A stretch of 64,000 nt of DNA from a virus (taxonomy: Duplodnaviria > Caudoviricetes): positions 834-64,833 of the IMG/VR virus record IMGVR_UViG_3300013414_000359. One strand, 5' to 3'. The position numbers were made by a program, and so were the translations under genes. Numbering within the stretch: position 1 is the stretch's first letter; every line of letters begins with the position of its first letter. The notes beneath the pieces were generated by a model. The model worked only from the letters and a program-made list of their open reading frames with translations, was not told where the DNA came from and ran no database searches. Of the stretch, positions 36,414 to 46,269 are shown piece by piece.

Positions 36414-37532
36414 TCAAGCCTTGCCGCTTATATCTGACGCATCGACCCAGCCGTACACCGTAGAGCCACCCCCATTCTGATAAATCAGGTGGCAGGGGTG
36501 CTTCGCCCCCTTTGCGAGCAGCGTTACTTTCGCAACCCCCGGCTTGCAGTTATAGCCCTTGTCGCCGGTGCTGCTGGTATAATGCCTCGTACCGGTAAAG
36601 TTTACCGTGTCGCCTACTGCGTAAGCATCTGAACTTGACGCAGGAGCTGCGCCAGCAGACGTTGCGCTGGACGCCGCCTTTGGCGGGTCGGTATGCGCTT
36701 TCACCTCGATGGTGGTTTTCCAGTCGCCTGTTCTGCCGCCCTTGTGTTTGCCCTTTACGACAACGAACTTGCCGTTGAGGTCTGCCGATTGTATTCTCAC
36801 GACCTCGGCAGTAGCAATCCGATAGTTGAGCAGACAGGAACGGGAGATCAGGTCCTCATCGCGGTCTGTGCCGGTCTTTTGGGAGTTTAGTTCCGTCTCC
36901 ACGGGGATTGGCACTTTCTCCTCATCAGAGCGGAGCAGACCCGTTGCCGTGGTGAGCGTCACGCCGTTGTTAATGCCGTCATCAGCTTTGGTTATATAAA
37001 TCTGTCCCGTAGCACGAATGATGAAGCGGCTCTTGCACTCCGTCACCACGATTTCAGTCAACACCTGTTTCAAATTGCCTCGGCACACTCTGCCTCGCGG
37101 GTAGCTCTTATCAAGCGACAGCTCGCACTTTGCCACCTCCACGCCAAAGATGTTCAGCAAGTCCCGCACGATGGCTGACGCCTTGATATTCTCGGCGTAG
37201 GTCTTGTTTATCATCTTGCCGAGTATTTCATCGGAGCAGGGAAGAACGGTTATCGTTGAAGTCCAGTCTGTGCCAGACTGCTTATGCTTTAAGCCTGTAA
37301 CCTTGCCAATCAGAATACAGCCCACATCGCCCTCGTAGCCCGCGTTCAACACAACAGGGTCGTTCTTCTTGATGTTTGCGCGGGTGTTCGCTGAAAGGTT
37401 TGTCACCGTAACAGTCGCCACAGGCGGCTCATCGCTGTCCTCGAAGGGTATCTCAAAGGAAAAATTCAAGCCGCCGAGCGTGTATTTGTTGTGTCCGATT
37501 GTCAGGTTGGCATCTCTAATCCAGAAGCTCAT
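36414..37532 (-). CDS. Baseplate hub protein with an appended endolysin-type SH3-like domain
   Basis: ITNLS...LNAGYEGD hub pattern; C-terminal ~70 aa resembles the endolysin cell-wall-binding domain. Confidence 0.75.
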   Translation of the reverse strand: MSFWIRDANLTIGHNKYTLGGLNFSFEIPFEDSDEPPVATVTVTNLSANTRANIKKNDPVVLNAGYEGDVGCILIGKVTGLKHKQSGTDWTSTITVLPCSDEILGKMINKTYAENIKASAIVRDLLNIFGVEVAKCELSLDKSYPRGRVCRGNLKQVLTEIVVTECKSRFIIRATGQIYITKADDGINNGVTLTTATGLLRSDEEKVPIPVETELNSQKTGTDRDEDLISRSCLLNYRIATAEVVRIQSADLNGKFVVVKGKHKGGRTGDWKTTIEVKAHTDPPKAASSATSAGAAPASSSDAYAVGDTVNFTGTRHYTSSTGDKGYNCKPGVAKVTLLAKGAKHPCHLIYQNGGGSTVYGWVDASDISGKA

Positions 37533-37533
37533 A

Positions 37534-37890
37534 TCACGCTGTCCTCCTGTCATAGAGATACAATTTCACATCTTTTCCGAAGTTCTCTTGCGTGACCTCC
37601 GAAATATCGTCGCTGGTTATACAGGACGGGATTATTACCGGTATCGGAAACCGCTCATCTTCCACGACGTTGAACAGCGGTCTCCCGTAACGGACGACTT
37701 CTCCGAAAGCAAGAACCTCTCCGTTCACATCGAAAAGGTCTATCGTGAAGAAACCGCCCTCGTCGTTATATTTGATTGTAAATGCGTAGGTTCTGTCAGC
37801 CAGTTTTACCGTAAACGAGTACGGCACTCTGGACGCATCTACCTCGATGTAACTGACCTCTGCATTGAGGTCAATAAGCTGCAAAGCCAT
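37534..37890 (-). CDS. Baseplate plug-like protein
   Basis: Position in the module; YAFTIKYN..GGFFTIDL pattern. Confidence 0.6.
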   Translation of the reverse strand: MALQLIDLNAEVSYIEVDASRVPYSFTVKLADRTYAFTIKYNDEGGFFTIDLFDVNGEVLAFGEVVRYGRPLFNVVEDERFPIPVIIPSCITSDDISEVTQENFGKDVKLYLYDRRTA

Positions 37891-37906
37891 ACTCGCGCCT
37901 CCTTAT

Positions 37907-38503
37907 TCAGTACGCAGCCAAACCGCTGTAGCCGCCCGTTATTCGCGTCAGCGGAGCGTCGCTGCTTGGCTGTGTATAAGCAGCGGCGTGTTTCGCTGAA
38001 CTCGAAGAACTCACAGACTGCGAGGAAACGGTAATCATTCCTGCGCTGGCAGTTTTTTGGAGCTGTGCGTTTGAACTCTTGCCAGCGTCCTGACTTGTCA
38101 TAGACACCTCCGCGTCCATCGGCACATACTCAGGCGCAGTGGTTTTTATCTGCTTGAGTGTTGCCGAAAAGGACGCGCCGTTCTTGTTCTTATAGGAGCG
38201 GTCAAACTTGAGGGAGGTGAACACGAGATTGGACATTCGCGTTACGCCGATATAGGTCATAATGTCACGAGCGTCACGCATAGCTTTCAGCGCATTTATC
38301 GCGCCCTCGCCGCCGATAATAACGCCCGAAATGTTGAGCGTTCCGGCGGCATTGTTCACATGGTCGTTGATGTCAGAGCCGTCCTCAATCGGATTTGAGG
38401 TAACAGAGCTGCTGTAGCTCTCGCTCTCTTTCTCAACGATGCCGTTCTCAAGCGGTTCAAACCGCACCGTGCCGCCTTTTCGTCCGGCAAGCGTATACGC
38501 CAT
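37907..38503 (-). CDS. Tail/baseplate initiator-like protein
   Basis: ESYSSSVTSNPIEDGSDINDH pattern; follows the tape measure gene. Confidence 0.65.
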   Translation of the reverse strand: MAYTLAGRKGGTVRFEPLENGIVEKESESYSSSVTSNPIEDGSDINDHVNNAAGTLNISGVIIGGEGAINALKAMRDARDIMTYIGVTRMSNLVFTSLKFDRSYKNKNGASFSATLKQIKTTAPEYVPMDAEVSMTSQDAGKSSNAQLQKTASAGMITVSSQSVSSSSSAKHAAAYTQPSSDAPLTRITGGYSGLAAY

Positions 38504-38518
38504 ATCTCACACCTCCCA

Positions 38519-41476
38519 TCAAAATGCGTATTGGTTTTTGAGCGTCATGCGCTCAAGTTCTTCTGCTCTGAACTCGGCAAACAGTTCCTTGACTGTTTCG
38601 TAGAGCGAGTTCTTGAGGTCTTCGGTTGCCTTTTCGTCCATATTGCCCTGCACCACAATGGAAATCTGCGGTGCGAAAGCTGGTGCAGCACCTGACACTT
38701 CCGCTGCTTCGGAACCATCGGCCCCCGCCGCGCCAACCGGAGTAACCTCTGGGGCGTTTTCGCTGTATATCGCTTCTGCGGAAACATCAGGCGGGTTAAA
38801 ATTATCTACCACAGGCTTCACACCGTAATAGACATCAGACACATTCGGAGCCTTGATGTCCTCTACAATCGGATTAACCTTATAAGTGACATCTGGTTGG
38901 TTGATGCCCCCCGCCGCAGACTGGCTAATGCCTTTTACCACGGGCGTAACACCGTAGGTAATGTCTTGTACCGCAGGTACGTTTGCGCTTTCCACAATCG
39001 GATTAACCTCGTAGGTAGTATCTGGCGCGATAGGAATGTCAACCCGCTCCACAGTAGTTTCAGCCACCGCCTCTGCGCCAACCGGAGTAACCTCTGGGGC
39101 GTTTACCGACGGGAAATCAAGCTCGGTAGGCATCGCGTCTTCCATATCCCCCGCCATGCCTTTTATCGCGTCAACAGCTTCGTCTCCGTTCTCGTTAATA
39201 GAACCCGCAAGACCATCAACCATCATTTCGCCGGCCCAAGCAAACTTGGTAGATGGGGAATGTATGCCGAAGAAACCACAAATACCGTCCCACAGACTCG
39301 AAGCCCAACCGCTTACTTGGTCCCAAATCCAGCCAGCTAAGCCCTTGATACCTTCCCACAAGCCTTTTACGATATTCCCGCCTATCTCAATCATCATGCC
39401 GGGTAGCTGCGCCAGCCCATCAACAATGGCACTGATGATAGCCGGTAATTGCGCCACCAGCTGTGGAATCGCCTGAATGATGCCAAGCCCCAACTGCACG
39501 AGTAGGTTGATACCTGTCTCAATAATCAGCGGTAGGTTCTCTGTAATGAAACCAACAATGCCCGTAATAATCGCCGGTAGCTGCGCTACCAAATCAGGCA
39601 GAGCGTCCAAGATACCCGTTGCGAGGGTCATAATCATCTGCGACCCTTGCTCCAAAATGGTCGGTAGGTTCTCGGTCAGAAAATTCACGATTTGCAGTAT
39701 CAGCTCTGGCAACTGCTCCACAAGAAGCGGGATTGCGGTCACAATACCATCAATCAAACCACCCACGAGTTGCATACCAGCATCGAGGATAAGTGGTAAG
39801 TTCTCAATCAGCGTACTCACAACGGTAAGTAACGCCTCAATAACTGTCGGTATCAGTTCCGGCAAAGCATTCCCCAGTCCAGTCGCCAGAGATACAATGA
39901 TTTGTGCTGCCGCCTCTATCAATAACGGAAGATTGGCAATGAGCGTGTTCGCAATCGTACCAACTGCGCTTATTGCCACCGGAACAAGTTCTGGTATCAG
40001 CTGTACAAGCGTATTCAGCACTTCGCCAAACAGCGTTTCAGCCACACCCAGCAGCTTCGGTAGCATTTCGCCGATTGCGGGAATGAGAGAATCCACCACA
40101 CTCGGCAGCGCACCGACTAAATTTTCCACAACGGGAACAATATTATCCACCACATTTCCGAAACTCTCAATGACGTTATCGACGAGATGCCCTATGTCTG
40201 CGTCTGCATTGCCAAGTCCGGCAACCAAATTACTGATAGCAGATTTTGTACTTGCCAAAGAACCGCTGATGGTAGCTGCCGCCTCTTTTGCTGTTGTTCC
40301 GGTAATACCCATCTCAGTCTGGACAATGTGGATTGCTTCGGTGATGTCAGCGTAGGAAGAAATATCGAACTTTGTTCCGGCGAGCTTTCCTGCATCGTCA
40401 AGTAATCTCTGCATTTCGTCCTGTGTACCACCGTAGCCGAGCTTGAGGTTATCAAGCATAGTGTAGTTGCCCATCGAGAAGCCGCGATAAGCGTTCTGAA
40501 TGGACTCCATGCTCGTACCCATCTTATTAGCGTTGTCGGCCATGTCAGTAATAGCTTGGTCAGCGTATTTTGCCGCCTTCGCTGTATCACCACCCAACGA
40601 GCCGATAAGACTTGCGGAAAAGCTCGTTGTGAGTTCCATATACTGGTTTGCAGACATACCTGCTGTTTTATAGGCGTCTGCGGCATATGTCTGAATTTCT
40701 TTCGAGGCATCGCCGAACAGAGTGTCAATACCGCCAACCAACTGCTCATAATCGGCGTAAGCAGAAACGACCTGCGTTCCAAGCGCAACTGCGCCAGCGG
40801 CAGCCGCAGCTGAAACTGCGCCGATTGCAACGCCAACGCCTTTCAAAATGCTACCCAGTTTTTCAAACTTACCGCCAGACTCATCGGCCGCATTACCCAT
40901 ATCGGCAACATCACCTTCGGCGTCACTCGCCGCGCCACCGAGTTCTGTAACATTTCTACGAGCATTTCCTGCGGCATCGCCGACACCCTCCGTTGCATCA
41001 GACGCCTGTTGAGCGCTTCTCGCCATATCAATGAAGCGTTCTCGTGCGCTTTGTAAAGCATTTCCAAGACTTCCTCTGATTGTTTCAATCGGGTGCGCGA
41101 AACCATGTCCTATGCTTTGCGTTGTTTGAACGATATTATCTCGAAACGTATTGGCGCGTTCCCCAACATAAGAGAGCGCACCCCCAATGCCGCTTCGCAG
41201 CGAGGACGCAAAGGTGTTCCCGCCGTCTATACTTGAGAGGAACGAGCTGCGAAATGCTGAACCAACACTGCTGGCTTGCGTTTGCAAATCACCGAGACTG
41301 CTCGTTACATTTCGTATGCCGGACTCTGCCGAGCTTGTTTCAGCATCGACCCTGATTTGACTGCCTCCGTTCTGCAAGCTGCCAAGATTGCTGGTAAGAT
41401 TTCGGATATTCGCTTCTGCCTGTGCGGTATCGGCTTCAACATTTACGCTGTATGTCAAACTGCGGGCTTCGTCCAC
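38519..41476 (-). CDS. Tape measure protein
   Basis: 985 aa, Ala/Gly-rich amphipathic repeats, YRGFSMGNYTMLDNLKLG; position after the chaperone genes. Confidence 0.9.
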   Translation of the reverse strand: MDEARSLTYSVNVEADTAQAEANIRNLTSNLGSLQNGGSQIRVDAETSSAESGIRNVTSSLGDLQTQASSVGSAFRSSFLSSIDGGNTFASSLRSGIGGALSYVGERANTFRDNIVQTTQSIGHGFAHPIETIRGSLGNALQSARERFIDMARSAQQASDATEGVGDAAGNARRNVTELGGAASDAEGDVADMGNAADESGGKFEKLGSILKGVGVAIGAVSAAAAAGAVALGTQVVSAYADYEQLVGGIDTLFGDASKEIQTYAADAYKTAGMSANQYMELTTSFSASLIGSLGGDTAKAAKYADQAITDMADNANKMGTSMESIQNAYRGFSMGNYTMLDNLKLGYGGTQDEMQRLLDDAGKLAGTKFDISSYADITEAIHIVQTEMGITGTTAKEAAATISGSLASTKSAISNLVAGLGNADADIGHLVDNVIESFGNVVDNIVPVVENLVGALPSVVDSLIPAIGEMLPKLLGVAETLFGEVLNTLVQLIPELVPVAISAVGTIANTLIANLPLLIEAAAQIIVSLATGLGNALPELIPTVIEALLTVVSTLIENLPLILDAGMQLVGGLIDGIVTAIPLLVEQLPELILQIVNFLTENLPTILEQGSQMIMTLATGILDALPDLVAQLPAIITGIVGFITENLPLIIETGINLLVQLGLGIIQAIPQLVAQLPAIISAIVDGLAQLPGMMIEIGGNIVKGLWEGIKGLAGWIWDQVSGWASSLWDGICGFFGIHSPSTKFAWAGEMMVDGLAGSINENGDEAVDAIKGMAGDMEDAMPTELDFPSVNAPEVTPVGAEAVAETTVERVDIPIAPDTTYEVNPIVESANVPAVQDITYGVTPVVKGISQSAAGGINQPDVTYKVNPIVEDIKAPNVSDVYYGVKPVVDNFNPPDVSAEAIYSENAPEVTPVGAAGADGSEAAEVSGAAPAFAPQISIVVQGNMDEKATEDLKNSLYETVKELFAEFRAEELERMTLKNQYAF

Positions 41477-41495
41477 AACTCATTCCCTCCTTTCC

Positions 41496-41682
41496 TCATC
41501 GCTTGTTCCACTCCTCTTGCCAAAGCAAGCGGGCTTGTTCGGCTTCGGAAAACTCGTAGAGGTCCATCGTGCTGAGTTCCGTGTAGCCTAATCCGTCCAT
41601 GCAGAACACCAGCCGCCAGAACCGCTCGTTATGTTTAGCCCTGCGCTTTGCCGCCGCTGGGTTGATTTCGTTCTCCAAGAAA
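41496..41682 (-). CDS. Tail assembly chaperone downstream ORF, probably reached by frameshift
   Basis: Overlaps 41635-41937 in the +1 frame; no RBS; FWRLVF...YTELSTMDLYEFSEA. Confidence 0.55.
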
Positions 41683-41937
41683 GGACTCGATTTCACGCAC
41701 CAGCTCTCCCGGCGTTGCAAGGTCTTCCTGCTCGTCGAAGTATTTGACGCCGCCCTTTGCGACTTCGGCAGGGGAGATTACGCAGCCCTTGATAAGAGCG
41801 TCCGCGTACTTCGCTGTGTTCTTTCTGCCGTTGGCAGGGTTGATATAGAGGTCGGTGAGGTTGGTGTACCACGAAAAGGTCACGCTTTGCAGCGTGTAGT
41901 CCACGCCATTCACGGTTACATTTTTCTGTCTTGCCAT
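41635..41937 (-). CDS. Tail assembly chaperone
   Basis: 100 aa between tail tube and tape measure; RBS AAGGAGG. Confidence 0.75.
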   Translation of the reverse strand: MARQKNVTVNGVDYTLQSVTFSWYTNLTDLYINPANGRKNTAKYADALIKGCVISPAEVAKGGVKYFDEQEDLATPGELVREIESFLGERNQPSGGKAQG

Positions 41938-41942
41938 AGTGA

Positions 41943-42250
41943 TTATCCTCCTTCGCGCGTGCGCGCGTATAATATACTCAGATTAGAGAATTTAGAGAGT
42001 ATTAGAGAGGTATAATACTCCTTTAATCTCTCTATCCTCTCTATTCTTATCCTCAATAGGAATGAATGTTTCAATGTATCATAATGGGCAGAAAGCCCGT
42101 AACCACAAGGGTTTAGCCCGAAACATTGCTGAAACATCGGGCGAAACAATGACACATTGAGGGCTGAAACATTGGGTTGAATTTGCCGCCTAAAACACGA
42201 CTTTCGTGCCTAATGTTCGACTTATCCGAAATGTATCAGCCCAATGTTTC
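41943..42250 (-). repeat. ~300-bp origin-like element, copy 2 (inside the tail operon)
   Basis: Reverse complement aligns along the length of 18018-18327; first 75 nt differ at 7 positions. Confidence 0.8.
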
Positions 42251-42254
42251 GGTG

Positions 42255-42647
42255 TTACTGCTTCTGAATATCGGGGATAAGGAACACGATTGTCACATCT
42301 CCCGCGTCCTTGCCCCTCGCTCTGTCGGGCAGCTTTTCCACCATGCAGTTCTGCGCGAAGAACACCGTGCCGCTGTCGTTGGCGTCCGTGATAGCAAGGT
42401 TTGCCATCGTGTTCCGTTCGGCGCACTGTTCGAGGAAGTCGATGTCAGGGGACTCCTGCTGCAAGGTGATTGTCAGCTTACCAGCCTTGTTCGCGTTGAG
42501 AATGTAGGTGCTGTCGCCCTTGACGCCCTTTTTGAGTGTCACATTCGCCTCGTCACGAGCCAGCGTAAACAGGCTGTCGCCAAACATACGCAGCTGTCTA
42601 TTGTTGAAAGCCACATTGACTTTCAGCGGGTCATAGGTCGATAACAT
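42255..42647 (-). CDS. Tail tube protein (DUF3277-like)
   Basis: TYDPLKVNV...GKLTITLQQESP; follows the sheath gene. Confidence 0.8.
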   Translation of the reverse strand: MLSTYDPLKVNVAFNNRQLRMFGDSLFTLARDEANVTLKKGVKGDSTYILNANKAGKLTITLQQESPDIDFLEQCAERNTMANLAITDANDSGTVFFAQNCMVEKLPDRARGKDAGDVTIVFLIPDIQKQ

Positions 42648-42660
42648 AGTCTATCCCTCC

Positions 42661-44145
42661 TTACAGTGAGGCGCGGAGTGCGCCCTTGGATTTCACCTGA
42701 TGAACAGCACCGGCAAGCAGAGCCTCCCAAGTGATGTCAGGCATTGTGCGGTTCCTGCGCTGCTCCTCGGTGCTTTCCGCATACTTCGGAATGTTCACCG
42801 TGTATACGCCAGCCTTGCTCTCAGGGTCTTTGGCGATGATGCCGAGGTCAACAGCTTCTGCCAGTGCTTGCAGCACCGCAGTAGCCACCAGACCGAAGCC
42901 AGCATCGTCGTAGTTGATGGTAGCGTTGGCAAGCAAAATATCGTACAGCAGATTACGCATACGGTTCGCTACCCAATCGCCGCCGAGGACAACATCAATG
43001 AACTCACCATTGAGGCAGGTGCCGTCCTTGACGTACTGGCGCTTATATTCTTCCGTGAGGAAGTTGACGTGATTTTCGAGCAGCTGGTCGCGTTCGCCCT
43101 CCGTCAGCTTCGGCAGGGTGATGAGCTTGATACCGGCGCTGGCAGGAGCGTTGCCGTCCTGTGGACGCTTGAACTTCCAAGTGACGCTGTTCGGATAGAA
43201 CGGCGCAACATTGCCGGTATAGGAGGCATCAGGCTCCTCACTGATGAACGCCTCGTCCGTATAGATGACCGCTGCACGAGCCGTCAGACAGGCGAAGTTC
43301 TTGTTTGCAGTCTGCCCCATATAGAACTTGCGGTGGTCTTCCACACCGGCTCCCAGCTCTGCCTCCGTAGGTTCACTTGCCTCCGCAAACTTGGCGAGAG
43401 CGGAAACATATTCGTCGTCGTCCCTGTCGGTCATCAGGTAATACCAGTCGTTGTCAACATTGGACTGGAACTGCTTGATTGTCTCGACAAGGGCGTCTGC
43501 CGCAGTCAGCTCGTTCGAGCCGTTGGCAAACTCCACGACAGCCTCGACAGGCAGCCCGCTTGTCAAATCGGCATCAGTATAGATGCTGATGGTCTTGGGG
43601 ATAGAGTCAGCCCCGCCAGCTTCGGCAGCAGTGAAAGTGATGACCGTCCCGCTTATCTTTGCGGCGTAGGTCTTGCCGCCTTTGGTAAAGGTCGCGTTCT
43701 TGAACAGGGCTGCAACCTGCGACCACTTCGTAGCTCTCGCCGTAGTGGTTATCTCGATTACCGCCTTGTCATCGCCACCGACCTTGACCCACAGCGGGGT
43801 ATCAGCTTCGATGGGCTGTTCCAAATCCCCGTCAGGAAGTGTGACCGTAAGCACTGCGGCACTCGCAGCAGCGCGGGCAGGGGGTTCAAAGCTCACGATT
43901 TTGAACTTGGTGACGAGGGAAGTCGCGAGGGTGGTTTTGCCCTGATTGAGCAGCGTGGTCGCCTTGCGGACGACCTTTGCGTTAGGGCAGGGTCCGTCAG
44001 GACCGTAGACCGCCTCGACACTCGCAATATCTCTGTATACGCCAACGGGATAAGTCCCGGTAGTGGACACAAGGAGAATGTCGAGACTTTCCTTTTGCTT
44101 TGGCAGCGCGTCACGCTGCACAACGACAATTACATCTTTTGCCAT
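42661..44145 (-). CDS. Tail sheath protein (DUF3383-like)
   Basis: DWYY, TWKFK, GEFIDVVLGGDW, LAGAVH. Confidence 0.85.
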   Translation of the reverse strand: MAKDVIVVVQRDALPKQKESLDILLVSTTGTYPVGVYRDIASVEAVYGPDGPCPNAKVVRKATTLLNQGKTTLATSLVTKFKIVSFEPPARAAASAAVLTVTLPDGDLEQPIEADTPLWVKVGGDDKAVIEITTTARATKWSQVAALFKNATFTKGGKTYAAKISGTVITFTAAEAGGADSIPKTISIYTDADLTSGLPVEAVVEFANGSNELTAADALVETIKQFQSNVDNDWYYLMTDRDDDEYVSALAKFAEASEPTEAELGAGVEDHRKFYMGQTANKNFACLTARAAVIYTDEAFISEEPDASYTGNVAPFYPNSVTWKFKRPQDGNAPASAGIKLITLPKLTEGERDQLLENHVNFLTEEYKRQYVKDGTCLNGEFIDVVLGGDWVANRMRNLLYDILLANATINYDDAGFGLVATAVLQALAEAVDLGIIAKDPESKAGVYTVNIPKYAESTEEQRRNRTMPDITWEALLAGAVHQVKSKGALRASL

Positions 44146-44160
44146 TTGGCTTTTCCTCCT

Positions 44161-44694
44161 TTATGAATGGGCGTCCCCGATGGGGTTCCCCGGATTTTGG
44201 ATTGTTATTGTCGGCTTTTCGTCTATCCGCACATAGGAGAACATGACATCGAAGCCGTACCGCCTTACGGTGTCTTCCACGAGGAAACCAGAGCGGTTTG
44301 CGACTGAGCCGACATTGTTGATAACAACCTCGCCGGTATCAGTGATAATGTTGTGGGCGTCGAGCAGGAAGTACCTGTGAGCCTTTTCAGCCAGCTCTAA
44401 CGCCTCATCTTCCCCGAAGATATATCCGTCGGGGCTTTCGCGATTCTCGCTGCAAAAGGTGAATGACAAGGACGCCTTGACAGGCTCGGAGCGTTTCAGT
44501 GTGTAGCCGTCAGGCGTTTCCTGAACTACTCCCCGCAGTCCGAAAGCGTGGTCGGATATTCTTGATGCCAACACGCTGTAGTAGCTGTAGGGGAAATCCG
44601 ACACATCGGCTATCTGTTCAGACAGAACGACAGGACAGCCGAGGTGGTTTTCCAGCCCAAATATGATTGCGTTACGGGCTTCAACAAAGGTCAC
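44161..44694 (-). CDS. Tail terminator/neck protein
   Basis: Size and position before the sheath gene. Confidence 0.6.
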   Translation of the reverse strand: MTFVEARNAIIFGLENHLGCPVVLSEQIADVSDFPYSYYSVLASRISDHAFGLRGVVQETPDGYTLKRSEPVKASLSFTFCSENRESPDGYIFGEDEALELAEKAHRYFLLDAHNIITDTGEVVINNVGSVANRSGFLVEDTVRRYGFDVMFSYVRIDEKPTITIQNPGNPIGDAHS

Positions 44695-45050
44695 TTCTTC
44701 ACCACCCCCTCCACGATGTACCGCACCATAGGGTGGATAGTGTTATGCGCCAGCTCCGTTGTCACCGTGTACTGCTGCCCGTCGAAGGTATCTCGGATAA
44801 TCTGCCCCGGCTGAATGTCGATAGCATCGTCGGTATAGAGCTTCTGCGAGTTGTGGGTATAAGTTCCTTCGGGTAGTTGTTTCCAATCCGCATTTGACAG
44901 TGGGAGGACAACGCCCCAAAAAGACCGAACCTCGCTCTCGACAGGTCTTGACTGACCACCGTGTGCAGGGTCTCTTACAAAAGTCCTGCTGGAAACCGTC
45001 AGAATGTGCAACAGCGCCCTTGGCAGTCTTGGTGTCGCATTGAACATCAT
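44691..45050 (-). CDS. Head-tail adaptor/closure protein
   Basis: Size and position. Confidence 0.55.
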   Translation of the reverse strand: MMFNATPRLPRALLHILTVSSRTFVRDPAHGGQSRPVESEVRSFWGVVLPLSNADWKQLPEGTYTHNSQKLYTDDAIDIQPGQIIRDTFDGQQYTVTTELAHNTIHPMVRYIVEGVVKK

Positions 45051-45481
45051 TCTCCGCTCACCACCTTATAGGCGATACGGTCGCGAATGTGCGTACCTGT
45101 TTCATACAGGGTGGTATGCTGCGTTTTCTTGGAGAAATCCGATTGCGGCTTGACGCGGTTGCTGTCAATAAAGTTCTGTACCAGTTGTGCCGATTGCGCC
45201 CCGATAGACTCGGCTGCGGCGCTCGGTGTGGTCTGTCCCGCCAGCACCTTGTTCAGCTCGCCCGACACAATGCCGTTCAGCGCGGCTTGGTCTGCATCGA
45301 AACTCGCTCGGATAAAAGAGCGTTCCGGCATCTTGCCATCGCCGTACTCGTGTGCGTGGGCAATCTTAATGACATCTGAGTCAGCATCGCCAACGATGCC
45401 GACCAGTATTTTCTTTTGCGATAATTCCTGACAGGCGCTTTTCAGCCTGTCGAAATCAGTTAAAATGCGGTCAAGCTCCAT
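45047..45481 (-). CDS. Neck protein (HK97 gp10-like)
   Basis: HEYG...PERSFIR...LYETG..R..I motif. Confidence 0.65.
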   Translation of the reverse strand: MELDRILTDFDRLKSACQELSQKKILVGIVGDADSDVIKIAHAHEYGDGKMPERSFIRASFDADQAALNGIVSGELNKVLAGQTTPSAAAESIGAQSAQLVQNFIDSNRVKPQSDFSKKTQHTTLYETGTHIRDRIAYKVVSGE

Positions 45482-45482
45482 C

Positions 45483-46106
45483 TCAATACCTCCTATACAG
45501 ATTGATTAGCTTTGTCCATTCAGGGTGCGTGGACTTGTCAAAAGTCCAATGCACATCGGAGATAGCGAAAGCGGTAAGCCCCTGCGAGCCGTTCTGCAAG
45601 TTCGTGTACGCTTGGGACACGATTTCCCACACCAGCCCCTCAAGGTCGGCGGGTAAGGTCTGAGGGTGTTCATCGTCCGCATCTTTCGGCAGGACATACC
45701 CCGCCGTGTAGCTGACCTCGATTACTCTCTTGGACACTACAATGTCGTAGGCAAGCCCTCTGCGGTAGCCCGCTCGCAGCCAGCCATCGTCACGATAGAT
45801 GACCCCGATGTTGCCCGTCTGCCCGTAATCGTAAAGAGCGGGGTCAACGAGCTTTCCATCTTCCTTGACATATTCCACATCAAGAATGGGGTATTCTATC
45901 GTGACGAGTTCCTGCTGACCGTCGGCATCGTATTTTTGGACATACGACTGTTTGCCTAAATGCCTGCCTGTCTGACGCTCAATCCACGAGGACGCCTTGT
46001 TTATCAGCAGCATAATGATTTCATCAGTTCGCTCATCGGAGATGTCTGACAAGCCAAGCATCATCTTCATTTTTTCGAGAGTGGTTAATGCGTTTTCAGC
46101 AAGCAT
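45483..46106 (-). CDS. Head-tail connector protein
   Basis: LTTLEKMK...LLINKASSWIERQTGR; IEVSYTAGY. Confidence 0.7.
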   Translation of the reverse strand: MLAENALTTLEKMKMMLGLSDISDERTDEIIMLLINKASSWIERQTGRHLGKQSYVQKYDADGQQELVTIEYPILDVEYVKEDGKLVDPALYDYGQTGNIGVIYRDDGWLRAGYRRGLAYDIVVSKRVIEVSYTAGYVLPKDADDEHPQTLPADLEGLVWEIVSQAYTNLQNGSQGLTAFAISDVHWTFDKSTHPEWTKLINLYRRY

Positions 46107-46269
46107 ATAGACCTCCAATCCGAAGAACGGCGGTTACTTGCCGCCGTCCTCCTTTTTAGGCTCGTCAGCCTTGGGCGGCTTCGGAGTTTTGGTTTCAGTT
46201 ACGGGAGCCGCAGCCTTGTTGGACTTCGGCCCCACCGGTTTATAAATCCTCGGCATAGCTCCTACCTCC

